From positions 1-61,596 of IMG/VR virus record IMGVR_UViG_3300021090_000021: a stretch of DNA of 61,596 bases; one strand, 5' to 3'. The position numbers and the translations under genes are program-made. Numbering within the stretch: position 1 is the first letter of the stretch; the number at the start of each line of letters is the position of its first letter. Shown here one piece after another: positions 1 to 9,786 of this stretch. Source of the DNA: a virus. Lineage: Duplodnaviria; Caudoviricetes. The notes beneath the pieces were generated by a model, which saw only the letters and a list, made by a program, of their open reading frames with translations, was not told the DNA's origin and made no database searches.

Positions 1-79
1 AACTAGTGGTCTGCGCGCCGGCAGGCGCAACACCGATGCCGAGCGCGACCAGCGCCGCGAGGAGAAGCCGTTTGATCAT
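1..79 (-). CDS. Secreted protein, 5' end only (runs off the window)
   Basis: ATG at 79 overlaps the upstream TGA (ATGA); translates to MIKRLLLAALVALGIGVAPAGA-QTTS, a typical Sec signal peptide. Confidence 0.7.
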   Translation of the reverse strand, partial: MIKRLLLAALVALGIGVAPAGAQTTS

Positions 80-3000
80 GCCGCCCGCCTATCGATCAGA
101 ACGTGATTTTCGTTGGAGCCGAAGCGCGGCCGCCAGCCCGGTGTTGGCGGCGTTCCTGATGGATCATTTGCATCCCACGCGCTCAGGTACATCGAGTAGG
201 CGTAATTCGGCATGATCTGGCCGGCAATTGTGTATTCCATCCCCGCGATGATCAGCGACGCTTCGATCGGCGGCTCCAGCAGCGGCCAGTTCAAGAAGCT
301 CGGCGTGATTACCTTCGCTGTCTCGCCTGGAAATTGAACCTCATCTGGATACTGACAAGTTTGGTTGGCCGGCCCGTTATCGAGATTGAAGAACGTCGAT
401 GTGGCGATCAAAGCAAAGTTGACGTAATAGAAGGTAGACACTCCACGCGGTCTCACCCCATCACCAAACGCGCCCCTGTTATTGTGAAGCTGCGCCTTGA
501 TCGGCCGAACTCCGATTCCCTCCGTTAGAGACACCCCAGCTTGGTTGGCACCAAGATTGTGAACCATGCCGCCCTGGAGAATTTCGAGCGGGAACGGGTC
601 GTAGACCCCATTGATCTCAAAACTTCGAACATGCAGATGCATCAACATCCATGCGTACTCGAAGATGGTTGTGCCCCACCCTCCAAAATTCGCAAACACT
701 GTTGCGTTGTCTTGCATATTCTCGTAGGCGTTCACGCCGGGCGTGAAGTTGCCGAAATAGTCAACCGGCTTGTAGTACGCCCACAATGACTGAAGACCGT
801 TGTACCACTGACCCTCAGAGCCGGTGACGAGAGCTTGCCCAGGGGCAGTCTGCGGGTTTCCATGTGAGAACTCCCACATCCCACGACCGATGTACTGACT
901 TAGATTTGCGCCGGATTGAAACGACGCAATGAAAGCCGTCTCGTAGGCCACCTCTCCTGTCAGACGGAACAAGTTGCCGGCGGCGAAGGAACGAAACCCA
1001 CGAACATTGATAGTATTGTCGAGAGCGTTCTGCGCGGTCGCGTATTGACCATCAGACCACCCCAAACCTGTCTGCAATCCAAGCACTGTCTTGTAATACG
1101 TATCGCGAGCACCGGCCGCGTTTGGTGCAGAAGTACGAATTGCTTCAGCCCAATCCCACATCAAGATCGCGGCGTTCTTGTATGCCAGCGCCTGCGCCGT
1201 CATACCTGCAATCGTAAGAACGCGTGAGCCCTTAGCGAGAGTCCCGGCGATGATGTAGTTCGAGGCATGATCGCCAGCGAACGTGAAATGTCTGCCGCGA
1301 TGTATCCAAGACGGCTCCCAAAAATTCTGCCCTACATCTCCGCCTTCGGGTTGAGATGACGCCATTTGACCGCCGATGGTGGCACCATCAAGGCCCATGG
1401 CCTGTCGATAGAAGTCGATCCCCCAAATTCCGGCTTGACCCAAGTCACCCAACGCATCGGTAGAGGCGTCCCAAATGCCGCCGATCAGCTCGCTGGCCTT
1501 AGGCAGGTTATGGTTCGTGTTGCGCGCGGCCGGACAGACCTCCCACACTTCCAGATAGTCATAGTATCCGAGCATGTGATGCAGCGCGAAGCAGTCCGAG
1601 TCCGCAGCATCCATGTGGCCGCCACGGACATCAATGCGCGTGGTCGTGATCCATGGCGAGTATCCACCTTGACCAGTCGGAGCGCCCTCGCTCGTGATGG
1701 CGAGATTCTGAGTTGAGAACGCTACGGGGAGATTGCTCCGATATTTTCTAACGCCATCCACGCCATCGTAGTATGTCGGTGCCGGGTATGTTGTTCCGAA
1801 ACGTCCATCAACCGTGCTGCATCGCTGATGATAGTCGCCGGCCGCGTGAACGGCAGCGGCGTCATTCCACACCTCATCGTCGAACCGCATCTCATCGCTG
1901 ACGCCAAGTCCTGGAATGTAGAGGCGATGCAGGCCGGCACCCGTAAAACCCGAATAGTCAAGATCGTAGACGTAGGTTCCCGCGCCGTTCATCTTATTCA
2001 ATTTGTTGATGAAGCCGCCGCCGCCAACCCATGGGGGCTGATCCGTGGCATCGATATCGGTGCCATCCGCATCTTGTAGAGCGATGATGTTGTCGTCGAT
2101 CCTGACGGCCAGATAGGTCCGCGTGTTAAATTGCGTCCTACCGGCGCCGTCGATGGCGCGCGGCTCTCTCGTTCCGCCGCCGGCCGGCGTCCATGTGTTC
2201 TGAAATCCAATCGCCTCCGGTCGGATCGTGTCGCCGGTTTGCAACCCATGGCCTGGAGCCGTCACGCGACATGGAACAACTGTCTTGTCAATATTGGTGA
2301 TCGCCACCCTGTTGGTGACACTGCTCATCGGATGGTGCGAGAGAATCGAGTAGTTATTGACAGTGTAGGTGCCACCATCGAACGTCGACCCATCCAGGTC
2401 GAACACGTGCTCGCTAATCTTGGTGATCTGCCACTGACCAAGAGCACTCGGAACGGTGGAGCCGAACTGCCCAAGCGTCTTGCGGATGAGAACGCGATCG
2501 CCAGTCACGAGCAATTTGTTTCCGCCGCTTGGCGTTGCAGTGCCAGGGAAGACGGCGGAATTCAGCGTAATGCGAATGGCGCCGGAGCCGTTGTCCGTAA
2601 TGGTAGAGATACTTCCGTTCGCGACGCCTCGGACATTGCTGGCGGTGATACGGCTGGGCTCGCAGTCGGTTGGAGATATCCGCAGCATCACATCGAACGT
2701 ATGAACGATGGTTCCGGCTTCATTGATCAGGTGCGCCTTGTTGGCTCCCACCAGCCCATATGTGGAATAATTGACCGCGCCTTCCTCGGAGCCATGGCCC
2801 GGAACCCAAATCGAGAGCTTGCCTTTCTTGTACACGTCGCTCGGCCGATGACCGTGCTGTGTCGTGTGGATCGCCTGCGATCTCGCTAGCTTGTCATTCC
2901 AGATAAATTCTTGCGTGGCACTCAAGCCGATATGCGAGAGATCAATCGAGTGCGTCGTCTGCGCAAGGTTTCCGCTCAGCTTGAGGAACAGGTAATGGCG

Positions 3001-4191
3001 CATCCGAGCCTGTTTTTCGAAAAGGTTCTGTGCCTGCTGATACGGCATCGACTTGCGATAGACCGCATCAACTGTTAGTCCTCCTATGGTCCCCCAGTTT
3101 GATAGAAGATCGGCGGCTGTTCGATCGATGTGATCGTAGCTATTCCCGCCGCTGAATTTCAGGTAGTTGTTATTGCGTCCGCAACGAAATGCCGTCTCGC
3201 TCGCGCTCGTGAACGGATTGGTGGCGGTCTCAAGGTTGCCCTGTCTCGTGATCGTCCCGCCAGAAACGTAAGCATTGACGAGCTGCGGAGCTCCCCGCAT
3301 GTGCCAGTTTGCAGAGGTCGAGAAGAACATCGAATTCAAGGGCAGGTAGTCGATGATGTCGATCTCGGTTGAGGACCACAGAGCACCCCAACAGGCGCCG
3401 TTGGCTTCTTCGGTCCCCACCACGCTACGGATGTTGCTGGTCTCTCCAGGCACGCCGTTGTTGGCGAGTTGGCTGCAAAATCCTCCGAACGTAAACGTCC
3501 CGCTGAATGTCGAGCCCGTGAGGTCGATGTGCGTACCGTCGACGATCGTGAACGACCACTGACCCTCTGCGGCCGTCACGCCTCCGGTGTTGTAGACGTA
3601 GATTTGACTGCCAGCATTCAGGTCGGCGGTGTCGTAGACCGTGAGCCTGATCGCGCCGGAGCCATTGTTAGCGCAGCCCTTGACCGCCAGCAGGACCGGG
3701 GATGTATAGCTCTTGGCGCTGGCAACAGTAACCCGCATGCCGCCCGAGGCATTGGCGACGATGCCGGTGATCGTCCCGCCAGACGGCGCTGTGGTGGCGA
3801 CCAGTGGATATTGGATTAACTCCTCATCCAAAAGCTCGATGCAGACGATATCCGGCGCCACCATGCCGATGTTGCGCAGGGTGATCGGCGCGGCATTGAC
3901 GGTGCCGGGCACGCCGGTTGCAATTGCCACCACGGCGGTGGCGGCGAACGCCTTCAGCAACATGCGGCGAGAGAGCCTCAACTCGCGGACGCCCTGTCGC
4001 TGCCAATGCTCATCCTGCTCTCGACGAACGGCGGTCGCATATCGAGCACCGATGGCCGGTGCCTGCAGGCGCTGCAGGAAGTAGGCAACAGGATTACGCT
4101 CAAAAAAATGGTAAAATTCGGCCGTCAGGATTTGACGCTGCCGCTCTAGGGACGAGCGCGTTGAGCGACTGAACTTCAGAGCCTTAGCCAT
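76..4191 (-). CDS. Large GH9-family glycoside hydrolase-like protein with twin-Arg signal and inserted phage tail-type (E1-FCCH-like) beta domains
   Basis: SRRMLLK plus hydrophobic stretch; CelD_N-like HTTQHGHRP..K and DYSGF..G.HRLYIPGLGVS; YHQRC; DVRGGHMDAAD (GH9 DAGD); LGANQAGVSLTEGIG; MEYTI (catalytic Glu region); AGGGGG RBS before ATG 4191. Confidence 0.75.
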   Translation of the reverse strand: MAKALKFSRSTRSSLERQRQILTAEFYHFFERNPVAYFLQRLQAPAIGARYATAVRREQDEHWQRQGVRELRLSRRMLLKAFAATAVVAIATGVPGTVNAAPITLRNIGMVAPDIVCIELLDEELIQYPLVATTAPSGGTITGIVANASGGMRVTVASAKSYTSPVLLAVKGCANNGSGAIRLTVYDTADLNAGSQIYVYNTGGVTAAEGQWSFTIVDGTHIDLTGSTFSGTFTFGGFCSQLANNGVPGETSNIRSVVGTEEANGACWGALWSSTEIDIIDYLPLNSMFFSTSANWHMRGAPQLVNAYVSGGTITRQGNLETATNPFTSASETAFRCGRNNNYLKFSGGNSYDHIDRTAADLLSNWGTIGGLTVDAVYRKSMPYQQAQNLFEKQARMRHYLFLKLSGNLAQTTHSIDLSHIGLSATQEFIWNDKLARSQAIHTTQHGHRPSDVYKKGKLSIWVPGHGSEEGAVNYSTYGLVGANKAHLINEAGTIVHTFDVMLRISPTDCEPSRITASNVRGVANGSISTITDNGSGAIRITLNSAVFPGTATPSGGNKLLVTGDRVLIRKTLGQFGSTVPSALGQWQITKISEHVFDLDGSTFDGGTYTVNNYSILSHHPMSSVTNRVAITNIDKTVVPCRVTAPGHGLQTGDTIRPEAIGFQNTWTPAGGGTREPRAIDGAGRTQFNTRTYLAVRIDDNIIALQDADGTDIDATDQPPWVGGGGFINKLNKMNGAGTYVYDLDYSGFTGAGLHRLYIPGLGVSDEMRFDDEVWNDAAAVHAAGDYHQRCSTVDGRFGTTYPAPTYYDGVDGVRKYRSNLPVAFSTQNLAITSEGAPTGQGGYSPWITTTRIDVRGGHMDAADSDCFALHHMLGYYDYLEVWEVCPAARNTNHNLPKASELIGGIWDASTDALGDLGQAGIWGIDFYRQAMGLDGATIGGQMASSQPEGGDVGQNFWEPSWIHRGRHFTFAGDHASNYIIAGTLAKGSRVLTIAGMTAQALAYKNAAILMWDWAEAIRTSAPNAAGARDTYYKTVLGLQTGLGWSDGQYATAQNALDNTINVRGFRSFAAGNLFRLTGEVAYETAFIASFQSGANLSQYIGRGMWEFSHGNPQTAPGQALVTGSEGQWYNGLQSLWAYYKPVDYFGNFTPGVNAYENMQDNATVFANFGGWGTTIFEYAWMLMHLHVRSFEINGVYDPFPLEILQGGMVHNLGANQAGVSLTEGIGVRPIKAQLHNNRGAFGDGVRPRGVSTFYYVNFALIATSTFFNLDNGPANQTCQYPDEVQFPGETAKVITPSFLNWPLLEPPIEASLIIAGMEYTIAGQIMPNYAYSMYLSAWDANDPSGTPPTPGWRPRFGSNENHVLIDRRAA

Positions 4192-4339
4192 ACGGATTAG
4201 ACCCCCTTGCCGACGAGCTGTGGTTGTGATTGTATTTTTTGATGTATCATTTCGTAGTCTACAGCCTGATCGGCGCCTGGCTCTTGCTGATCGCCATGCA
4301 ATTTTTGGTCGAGCCCGGCTTTGCACTGTTTGGTGTGAA

Positions 4340-4549
4340 ATGAGCGCAATTGATTGGGTTCGCTTCTGCTACGAGCGCGAGCGACCGGCCAACCGGTTCT
4401 ACTGGCACAAGTGGAATGTCTTCATCCCGGTGAGGACACGCGACGGATCGCTGACCATCGGATACGTCTGGCGTCGGCGCGTACCCCAGGGATGGGAGTA
4501 CACGCGCCGACCGATAATGGATGAGGAGAGAGCAGAATCATTTTGGTGA
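4340..4549 (+). CDS. Small Trp/Arg-rich hypothetical protein, antisense to the late operon (moron-like)
   Basis: 69-aa ORF filling the intergenic gap, preceded by an AT-rich stretch. Confidence 0.5.
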   Translation: MSAIDWVRFCYERERPANRFYWHKWNVFIPVRTRDGSLTIGYVWRRRVPQGWEYTRRPIMDEERAESFW

Positions 4550-5452
4550 TCAGAAGCCCCAAAATGTCTGTTGATTAGCCGTAACATCGTCCCGTTGAGT
4601 GGCATCCCACGCAGCATCCCAAGCCCCGCCCTCACGGAAGTCACCATCCAGGAACGAGCTGCCGAACTGGCCGATAAGCCAAAATGTATTTGGGTAGCCT
4701 GTACCGGCGTCTCCGGTGGTATCGGTGCCGTCGATGTTGATGACGGACGACGTGCTATTCATCACCCCTTGCAGAGCATGCCACGTGTTATCCGCTGCAG
4801 TTGCGAGCAAATCGGTGCCGCCATAGACACCCAATGTGTTGGCGCCGACACCGAACTCAGCGCCCCGTGATACGCCACCCCAGATGCCTTGCGTATTGGT
4901 GAAGTTGCCCGTGCGCTTGGCCACGGTGCTGAGGGTGACGGGCTGCGAGCCAGCCGCCAGCGTTGCCAAGTACGCTCCGCCTGTCGCACGAACAAAATGA
5001 ACGTGGCCGAGACCCGTGTTGATAAGTTGAGCTTGTAGTCCCGCAGTTGCTTGCCCTTGATTTCGTCCGTTTCCGGACTGATCGTAAAACGTGGTGACAA
5101 ATACGTTTGCTCCACCAGCCCAACTATCGAAAACAGACGCCAAATTGAGACTGCCACCCGCCGCAGACACGACGTCCATTTCGGCCTGATCGCTGTCGCG
5201 GCGAACGCGGATCAGGCTGGCGCCGATGGTGGCCTGCGTGTAGGCGCGAATGCCCCACCACACCACAGCTCCACTAACGACATCACCGGGGCCGACATAG
5301 CCCCCACCGCCACCGCCACCGGCCTTCTTTCCCGCGCCGGTCTGCATCAGTTGCGCGGCCGCCGGCCGGATGATCGCCGGTGCAGCCGGAATGAATAGTG
5401 TCGCGGCGGCACCGAGAAGAAACCGGCGCCGGGGGATCAGCAGCTTGGCCAT
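4550..5452 (-). CDS. Tat-signal protein with concanavalin A/LamG (arabinofuranosidase-B catalytic-like) domain
   Basis: N-terminal PRRRFLLGAAA...AAA; Gly linker; GPGDVVSGAVVWWGIRAY, IRVRRDSDQAEMD, FVTTFYDQSGNGRN motifs. Confidence 0.75.
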   Translation of the reverse strand: MAKLLIPRRRFLLGAAATLFIPAAPAIIRPAAAQLMQTGAGKKAGGGGGGGYVGPGDVVSGAVVWWGIRAYTQATIGASLIRVRRDSDQAEMDVVSAAGGSLNLASVFDSWAGGANVFVTTFYDQSGNGRNQGQATAGLQAQLINTGLGHVHFVRATGGAYLATLAAGSQPVTLSTVAKRTGNFTNTQGIWGGVSRGAEFGVGANTLGVYGGTDLLATAADNTWHALQGVMNSTSSVINIDGTDTTGDAGTGYPNTFWLIGQFGSSFLDGDFREGGAWDAAWDATQRDDVTANQQTFWGF

Positions 5453-5467
5453 CTTATTAAATCCTTC

Positions 5468-6307
5468 TCAGGGCGTCTTGAAGTAGTGAACCATCGCCTG
5501 CACCGGCTGGCCGGCGGAGGTGTTGATGCAGAGCGCATTGCTCGCGGCGGTGGCCAGCGACGCCGGCGGCACATTGGAATTCACCAGGCCGACCTGGGCG
5601 GTGAGCTGCCAAGCCGGGGTCAGATTGGTGGAGCCCGTCGCACAGGCCGTCCCGGTGCCGTAAATCAGTTTTACGTTCGCGGTGCCGCCGGCCAAGATCG
5701 ACAGACCGCAGACATAAATCGTCTTGCCTGAGGTCAGCGCGACAAGCTCCGTGGAGCCGTTGGTCGAGGCGTCATAAATCGCGGTGGCGTTGCAGGGTGA
5801 CTGCACCGACAGCACGTTGGTCGTGCTCGGCACCCCCGGCGTCCCGACCGCCACAATCCCGGAGGTGAGATTCTGGTTGGTGCGCTTTTGCAAGGCGATC
5901 AGCGAACAGCTGCCGTTGTCGCTGGCGCAAGCGGTATCGGCCTGGGCTCCAAGATCGACCACAGCGCCAGACGCGACCGCGCCGGATGCGAAAGCCCCGG
6001 ATGCATAGGCGCCGGACGCCACAGCACCCGAGGCGACGCCACCCGATGCTATGTTGACTTTTGCAGCCGTTGCATTCGCCCCCGTATTGGCAATGCTGAC
6101 CTGCAGCGGAACCGCTGCGGTTCCAACCTCAATATTGGATGAATTGATCAGAACCGTCGCCGGACACACCTTCGAGGTTGAGCAGACGAACGAAAACGCC
6201 GTCTGCACTACACCGCCGGAATCCTTGAATGTGTAGTCCGCCAACACATAGCCGCCGGCCAGCGAGATGATGCAAGCCACGACGATCGTTCGAAGCCAAT
6301 TTCGCAT
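5468..6307 (-). CDS. Secreted Cys-rich fibre/appendage-like protein with ASGAV pentapeptide repeats
   Basis: Signal peptide MRNWLRTIVVACIISLAGGYVLA; six ASGxx repeats; multiple Cys; N-module shared with 6343-6918. Confidence 0.7.
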   Translation of the reverse strand: MRNWLRTIVVACIISLAGGYVLADYTFKDSGGVVQTAFSFVCSTSKVCPATVLINSSNIEVGTAAVPLQVSIANTGANATAAKVNIASGGVASGAVASGAYASGAFASGAVASGAVVDLGAQADTACASDNGSCSLIALQKRTNQNLTSGIVAVGTPGVPSTTNVLSVQSPCNATAIYDASTNGSTELVALTSGKTIYVCGLSILAGGTANVKLIYGTGTACATGSTNLTPAWQLTAQVGLVNSNVPPASLATAASNALCINTSAGQPVQAMVHYFKTP

Positions 6308-6342
6308 GATGATGATCCTTGATAACGGCCAACGGGCCGGGT

Positions 6343-6918
6343 TCACTTGAAGCTGTAGGAGATGGTGACGCCGGGAGCGGCACTCGTATTGTCGTTATCG
6401 TTGATGCCGCCGGTGAGACACATGCCGATCCCATTGGGATAGCTTTCGCCATAGGGACCGAGCGGAACCGCAACGCCATCGGCACCGGTCGACGCCGGCA
6501 CCGCATAGGTCGCAACCACTGTGCCAGACGCACATGCCGGCGCCGACGCGGTGTCGTAGAATTTCAGGAAATAGACGGTCGCCGTGGTGTTGACCGCCAC
6601 AATCTTGCAGAGCAGACCGGCCGATGTCTTGATGCTGGTCGAGTTGGTCGACGCCGCGCTCAAGAGCTTGTTGGGCGTACACCCGCCACTGGTCGGCGCG
6701 GCAAGCGTCATAGCGCCGCCCACCTGCAGCGGCAATGCCGTGATCCCAACCTCGGCCGACGACGAATTGACCAAGGTTACAGCGGGCTGCACCTTGCCGC
6801 CGGCCGTGAATGAAAAGAAATTGGCGAAACCCGGCAACGCATAGTCGCCGAGCGCGTAGCCGCCGAAAAACGTCAGCAGCAATGCCGTGGGAAGAATGAA
6901 CCGCAGTGATCGGATCAT
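6343..6918 (-). CDS. Secreted beta-rich appendage-like protein (paralogue)
   Basis: Signal peptide; SAASTNSTSIK...YFLKFYD.ASAP.C domain shared with 7128-7586. Confidence 0.75.
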   Translation of the reverse strand: MIRSLRFILPTALLLTFFGGYALGDYALPGFANFFSFTAGGKVQPAVTLVNSSSAEVGITALPLQVGGAMTLAAPTSGGCTPNKLLSAASTNSTSIKTSAGLLCKIVAVNTTATVYFLKFYDTASAPACASGTVVATYAVPASTGADGVAVPLGPYGESYPNGIGMCLTGGINDNDNTSAAPGVTISYSFK

Positions 6919-6921
6919 GGC

Positions 6922-7131
6922 TCAGAGTCCTGGTAAGAGGGGGATATAGTAGGTGTAGCACCCGTCCACGTCGGACAGATCGAGCGACGGGTCGGCGCAT
7001 GCCGCCGGTGGCGTGCCGGGCGCGGACGACCCGACACCCTTGAGCAGCATGTTGGCCCAAGCCGCGGCCGCGCCGAGCAGGACAATCGCCATGCACAGAA
7101 CGGCCAGAAAGTCGCGGACGCGGGCGCTCAC
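6922..7131 (-). CDS. Small secreted protein with LLKGVG motif and a Cys pair
   Basis: GTG start overlapping the upstream stop (GTGA); signal peptide ending AWA. Confidence 0.6.
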   Translation of the reverse strand: MSARVRDFLAVLCMAIVLLGAAAAWANMLLKGVGSSAPGTPPAACADPSLDLSDVDGCYTYYIPLLPGL

Positions 7132-7586
7132 TTGTAGCCACCATTGCAGAACACGCCGGTGGCGGCCGCGCTGGCGTCGTTGTCGGCCGAGCCGCCGGTG
7201 ATGCAGGCAGCGATGCCGGTCGTGAACTCGCGACCCACGGCTCCGAAGATGATCGAGAACCCATTGCCGTCCGTGCTGGCCGGAATCGGATAGGGGCCGG
7301 CGTAGACGGCGTCGGTGTTGCAGGTCGGCGCCGACGCCTTGTTGTAGAACTTGAGATAATATTTCGTCGCCGTCTGGTTCACGCAGGTGATGTCGTAGAC
7401 GTTGCCCGGCGTGGCCTTGATGCTGGTGGCATTGGTGGTGGCCGCACTCACGATGCGAAACGGCGTCGACCCACTGGCCAGCTCGCTCGGCCAGATCGAG
7501 ACGCGCGCTTGCTGCGCCAGCACGGGAAGGCCGAGCGACAGAAAGATCAGAGCAGCGACGATCGCCGCGGTGCGGAGCCACGTCAT
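7128..7586 (-). CDS. Secreted beta-rich appendage-like protein (paralogue)
   Basis: Signal peptide ending VLA-QQ; SAATTNATSIK...YYLKFYN.ASAP.C; 4 Cys. Confidence 0.75.
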   Translation of the reverse strand: MTWLRTAAIVAALIFLSLGLPVLAQQARVSIWPSELASGSTPFRIVSAATTNATSIKATPGNVYDITCVNQTATKYYLKFYNKASAPTCNTDAVYAGPYPIPASTDGNGFSIIFGAVGREFTTGIAACITGGSADNDASAAATGVFCNGGYK

Positions 7587-7810
7587 GGCAGTCTCCCGGT
7601 TCGAAGTTGTTAGGAAGTATGCGGCCGCGGCCGCGAAAGTCCGTCGCGCGCCACCATGCAGCGACGCTTGGCCGAAACGATGACCACGAGCAGCAGGGCG
7701 ACCTCGATGAGGACATCGATCCCACGCGGCGTCTTGTAATTGCGGCCTCTACTGAATAGGGCCGCCCGCTTTCACGGACGGCCCCCTCAAAATCTGCGCG
7801 CGATCGAACT

Positions 7811-8263
7811 TTACTTCACTTGGAAGAACAGATCCCCTGTCTGCACCGTCAGCGGGACAAACCAGCTCGTGACACCGCAATTGGGGAAACGCAGCGTCGC
7901 TCGATATGACGTCAGTCCGTGCGGCAATGTCTCGCTGAGCGCAAAAGGATTGTCTGATACCTGCTCACCCATCCTGGTCGGGATTCTTAGATCGAATTTC
8001 AGGTATGGACGAACAACGAGATCAGAGCCGACGATTTCCCGCGAGACAACAGCTTCGCAAGCGCGGTACCAATGAGTTTTCCAGCGCACGACAACGCGAT
8101 CGCCTGGCACCGGTGCACTTGGCAGTATCTCGCCACTGATATATTCGAGTGGATCTCTACGATCGTACACCACGGCGCCGAACACCAAGCCGGCCAATAA
8201 TGGCAGAACAATCATGTTCTCCAACGACCAGGTCAAAGCGCGGCGCGGGGTGATCGAGATCAT
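7811..8263 (-). CDS. Membrane-anchored protein of the lysis region
   Basis: N-terminal TM helix, soluble domain with a Cys pair. Confidence 0.6.
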   Translation of the reverse strand: MISITPRRALTWSLENMIVLPLLAGLVFGAVVYDRRDPLEYISGEILPSAPVPGDRVVVRWKTHWYRACEAVVSREIVGSDLVVRPYLKFDLRIPTRMGEQVSDNPFALSETLPHGLTSYRATLRFPNCGVTSWFVPLTVQTGDLFFQVK

Positions 8264-8266
8264 GGA

Positions 8267-8470
8267 TCAACCCTTTCCGATGAACGTCAGAATATTCTGC
8301 TTGAAGGCCACCGCGCCCGCCGCTGCGCCGCCGAGGACGATTCCGCACTTCCACAGCAACCGGCCCATCCAGCGCGAGCGCTCATAGGTTTCGAGCATCT
8401 CCAGAAGCTCGGACCCATGCTTCTTGAGCTCGGCCAGAACCTCATCGTCGGTCAGGTTCTTGTTAGCCAT
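8267..8470 (-). CDS. Small membrane protein, holin-like
   Basis: 67 aa, one C-terminal TM helix, in the lysis cluster. Confidence 0.5.
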   Translation of the reverse strand: MANKNLTDDEVLAELKKHGSELLEMLETYERSRWMGRLLWKCGIVLGGAAAGAVAFKQNILTFIGKG

Positions 8471-8609
8471 GCTGTTCCGCCGTGGTAGGCCGGAACCGCC
8501 TCCGGAGGCATCTTCTGTGGGAGACTTCCGCAGCCGTCATGGAGGCTTACCCCTTCATGGTGGTCAGGGCCGGTCGGTCGTTGCAAGCTTCCGACTGGCC
8601 CGCTTGTGT

Positions 8610-8864
8610 TCAAGCCCGCGGCGGATTTGCCGGCAACGACTCGGGTGTGACGGTGCTCGTGAACCAGGTCTTGAGCACCACGGTCAGCACGCTTTGAGCG
8701 AGCGTCGTCACCGCCAAGACCTTGACCTGCGTCGCATCGTCGAGGCCGAGCGCGTTGGTCGTGACCAGCGTCATCACGGCGGCGCCGACCTGGGTCCAGT
8801 TGATCTTGCTCAGGAACGCAGATTTGGTCTGAACGCGTGTCGTGAGAGCTTGGTCAATCGACAT
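8610..8864 (-). CDS. Holin-like two-TM protein
   Basis: KSAFLSKINWTQV plus two hydrophobic helices; GGAG RBS. Confidence 0.6.
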   Translation of the reverse strand: MSIDQALTTRVQTKSAFLSKINWTQVGAAVMTLVTTNALGLDDATQVKVLAVTTLAQSVLTVVLKTWFTSTVTPESLPANPPRA

Positions 8865-8893
8865 GGTCTCGTCTCCGTTGTTGGTTATGGATG

Positions 8894-9265
8894 CTAATGT
8901 CGAAACAGGAACACCAAGGCGGTGCCCAGCACCACGATGACGCCGAGCACCCACACAAGAGGATGCACCCGCTGCCCGGCCGGCATTGGCATCGGCTCGA
9001 GTGGTGCCGGCGCCGGTTGCGTATCGGGGCGCGCCTCGCTCAGATATTTTCCGTTGACATAGCCGTGCTGGCCGGTACGGCGCACTTTGACATGCAGCCA
9101 GGGCTGCGTCGCATCGGAGCGTGACAGCACCTCAACGACATCACCCTTCGGCAAGGAATCGAACACCTGACCGGAGATGCTCGGCGAGCTCCGCAGGTTG
9201 AGGCCATCGGAGATGACCGCTCTGATCTCGGGCATGGCAAATCCTTCGGTTGTGGATGCGTTCAC
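8894..9265 (-). CDS. Bacterial SH3 (SH3b) domain protein with C-terminal TM helix
   Basis: LNLRSSPS...L.KG..V.VL...WLHV...GYVNGKYL. Confidence 0.8.
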   Translation of the reverse strand: MNASTTEGFAMPEIRAVISDGLNLRSSPSISGQVFDSLPKGDVVEVLSRSDATQPWLHVKVRRTGQHGYVNGKYLSEARPDTQPAPAPLEPMPMPAGQRVHPLVWVLGVIVVLGTALVFLFRH

Positions 9266-9786
9266 CGTTTTAGGAAACAGGCTTGCGCCTGCCGTTTCTG
9301 TTTCGCGGTCAGCCCGCGGCGCAGGCCTTCAGCCTCCAGATACTCCTGCGAATAAATGACCGCGGCGGTGCGGACCTCCAAGCAGGAATACGGAAGGTCG
9401 GGACCGTCATCGGCCGCGCGCGCGGGTGCCTTGCTTTGCAGCTTAGCCTTGCCCTGCTGTTTCACCTTCGGCTTGGCCTTATCCGTCGGCTTCACAATCG
9501 GCTCGGCCTTCACTTCAGGCGTTGGCGTCACCACCTCTGGCACGACCGGGAGTGGCGCGATCGCAGCGGGCGGCAGCTGCGGTACGAGCTCGTCACGGTT
9601 CGCCGGTGGCGACGGCAACGGCCTTGGTATGGACACCGGCACCGGCACTACGGGCGTTCGGCGGTGCGGCCAAAGCCATTGCCTCACCCTCTCGATTGCC
9701 CGCTCGATCCTGATGTCGCTCGCCGCATCGGCGGCTGAGCCAACGGCCATCAACAGCAGCACCGCGACAAACGCGGCACGTCTCAT
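9262..9786 (-). CDS. Secreted Pro-rich protein with C-terminal Cys pair
   Basis: Signal peptide MRRAAFVAVLLLMAVGSAADA; start/stop overlaps on both sides. Confidence 0.6.
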   Translation of the reverse strand: MRRAAFVAVLLLMAVGSAADAASDIRIERAIERVRQWLWPHRRTPVVPVPVSIPRPLPSPPANRDELVPQLPPAAIAPLPVVPEVVTPTPEVKAEPIVKPTDKAKPKVKQQGKAKLQSKAPARAADDGPDLPYSCLEVRTAAVIYSQEYLEAEGLRRGLTAKQKRQAQACFLKR

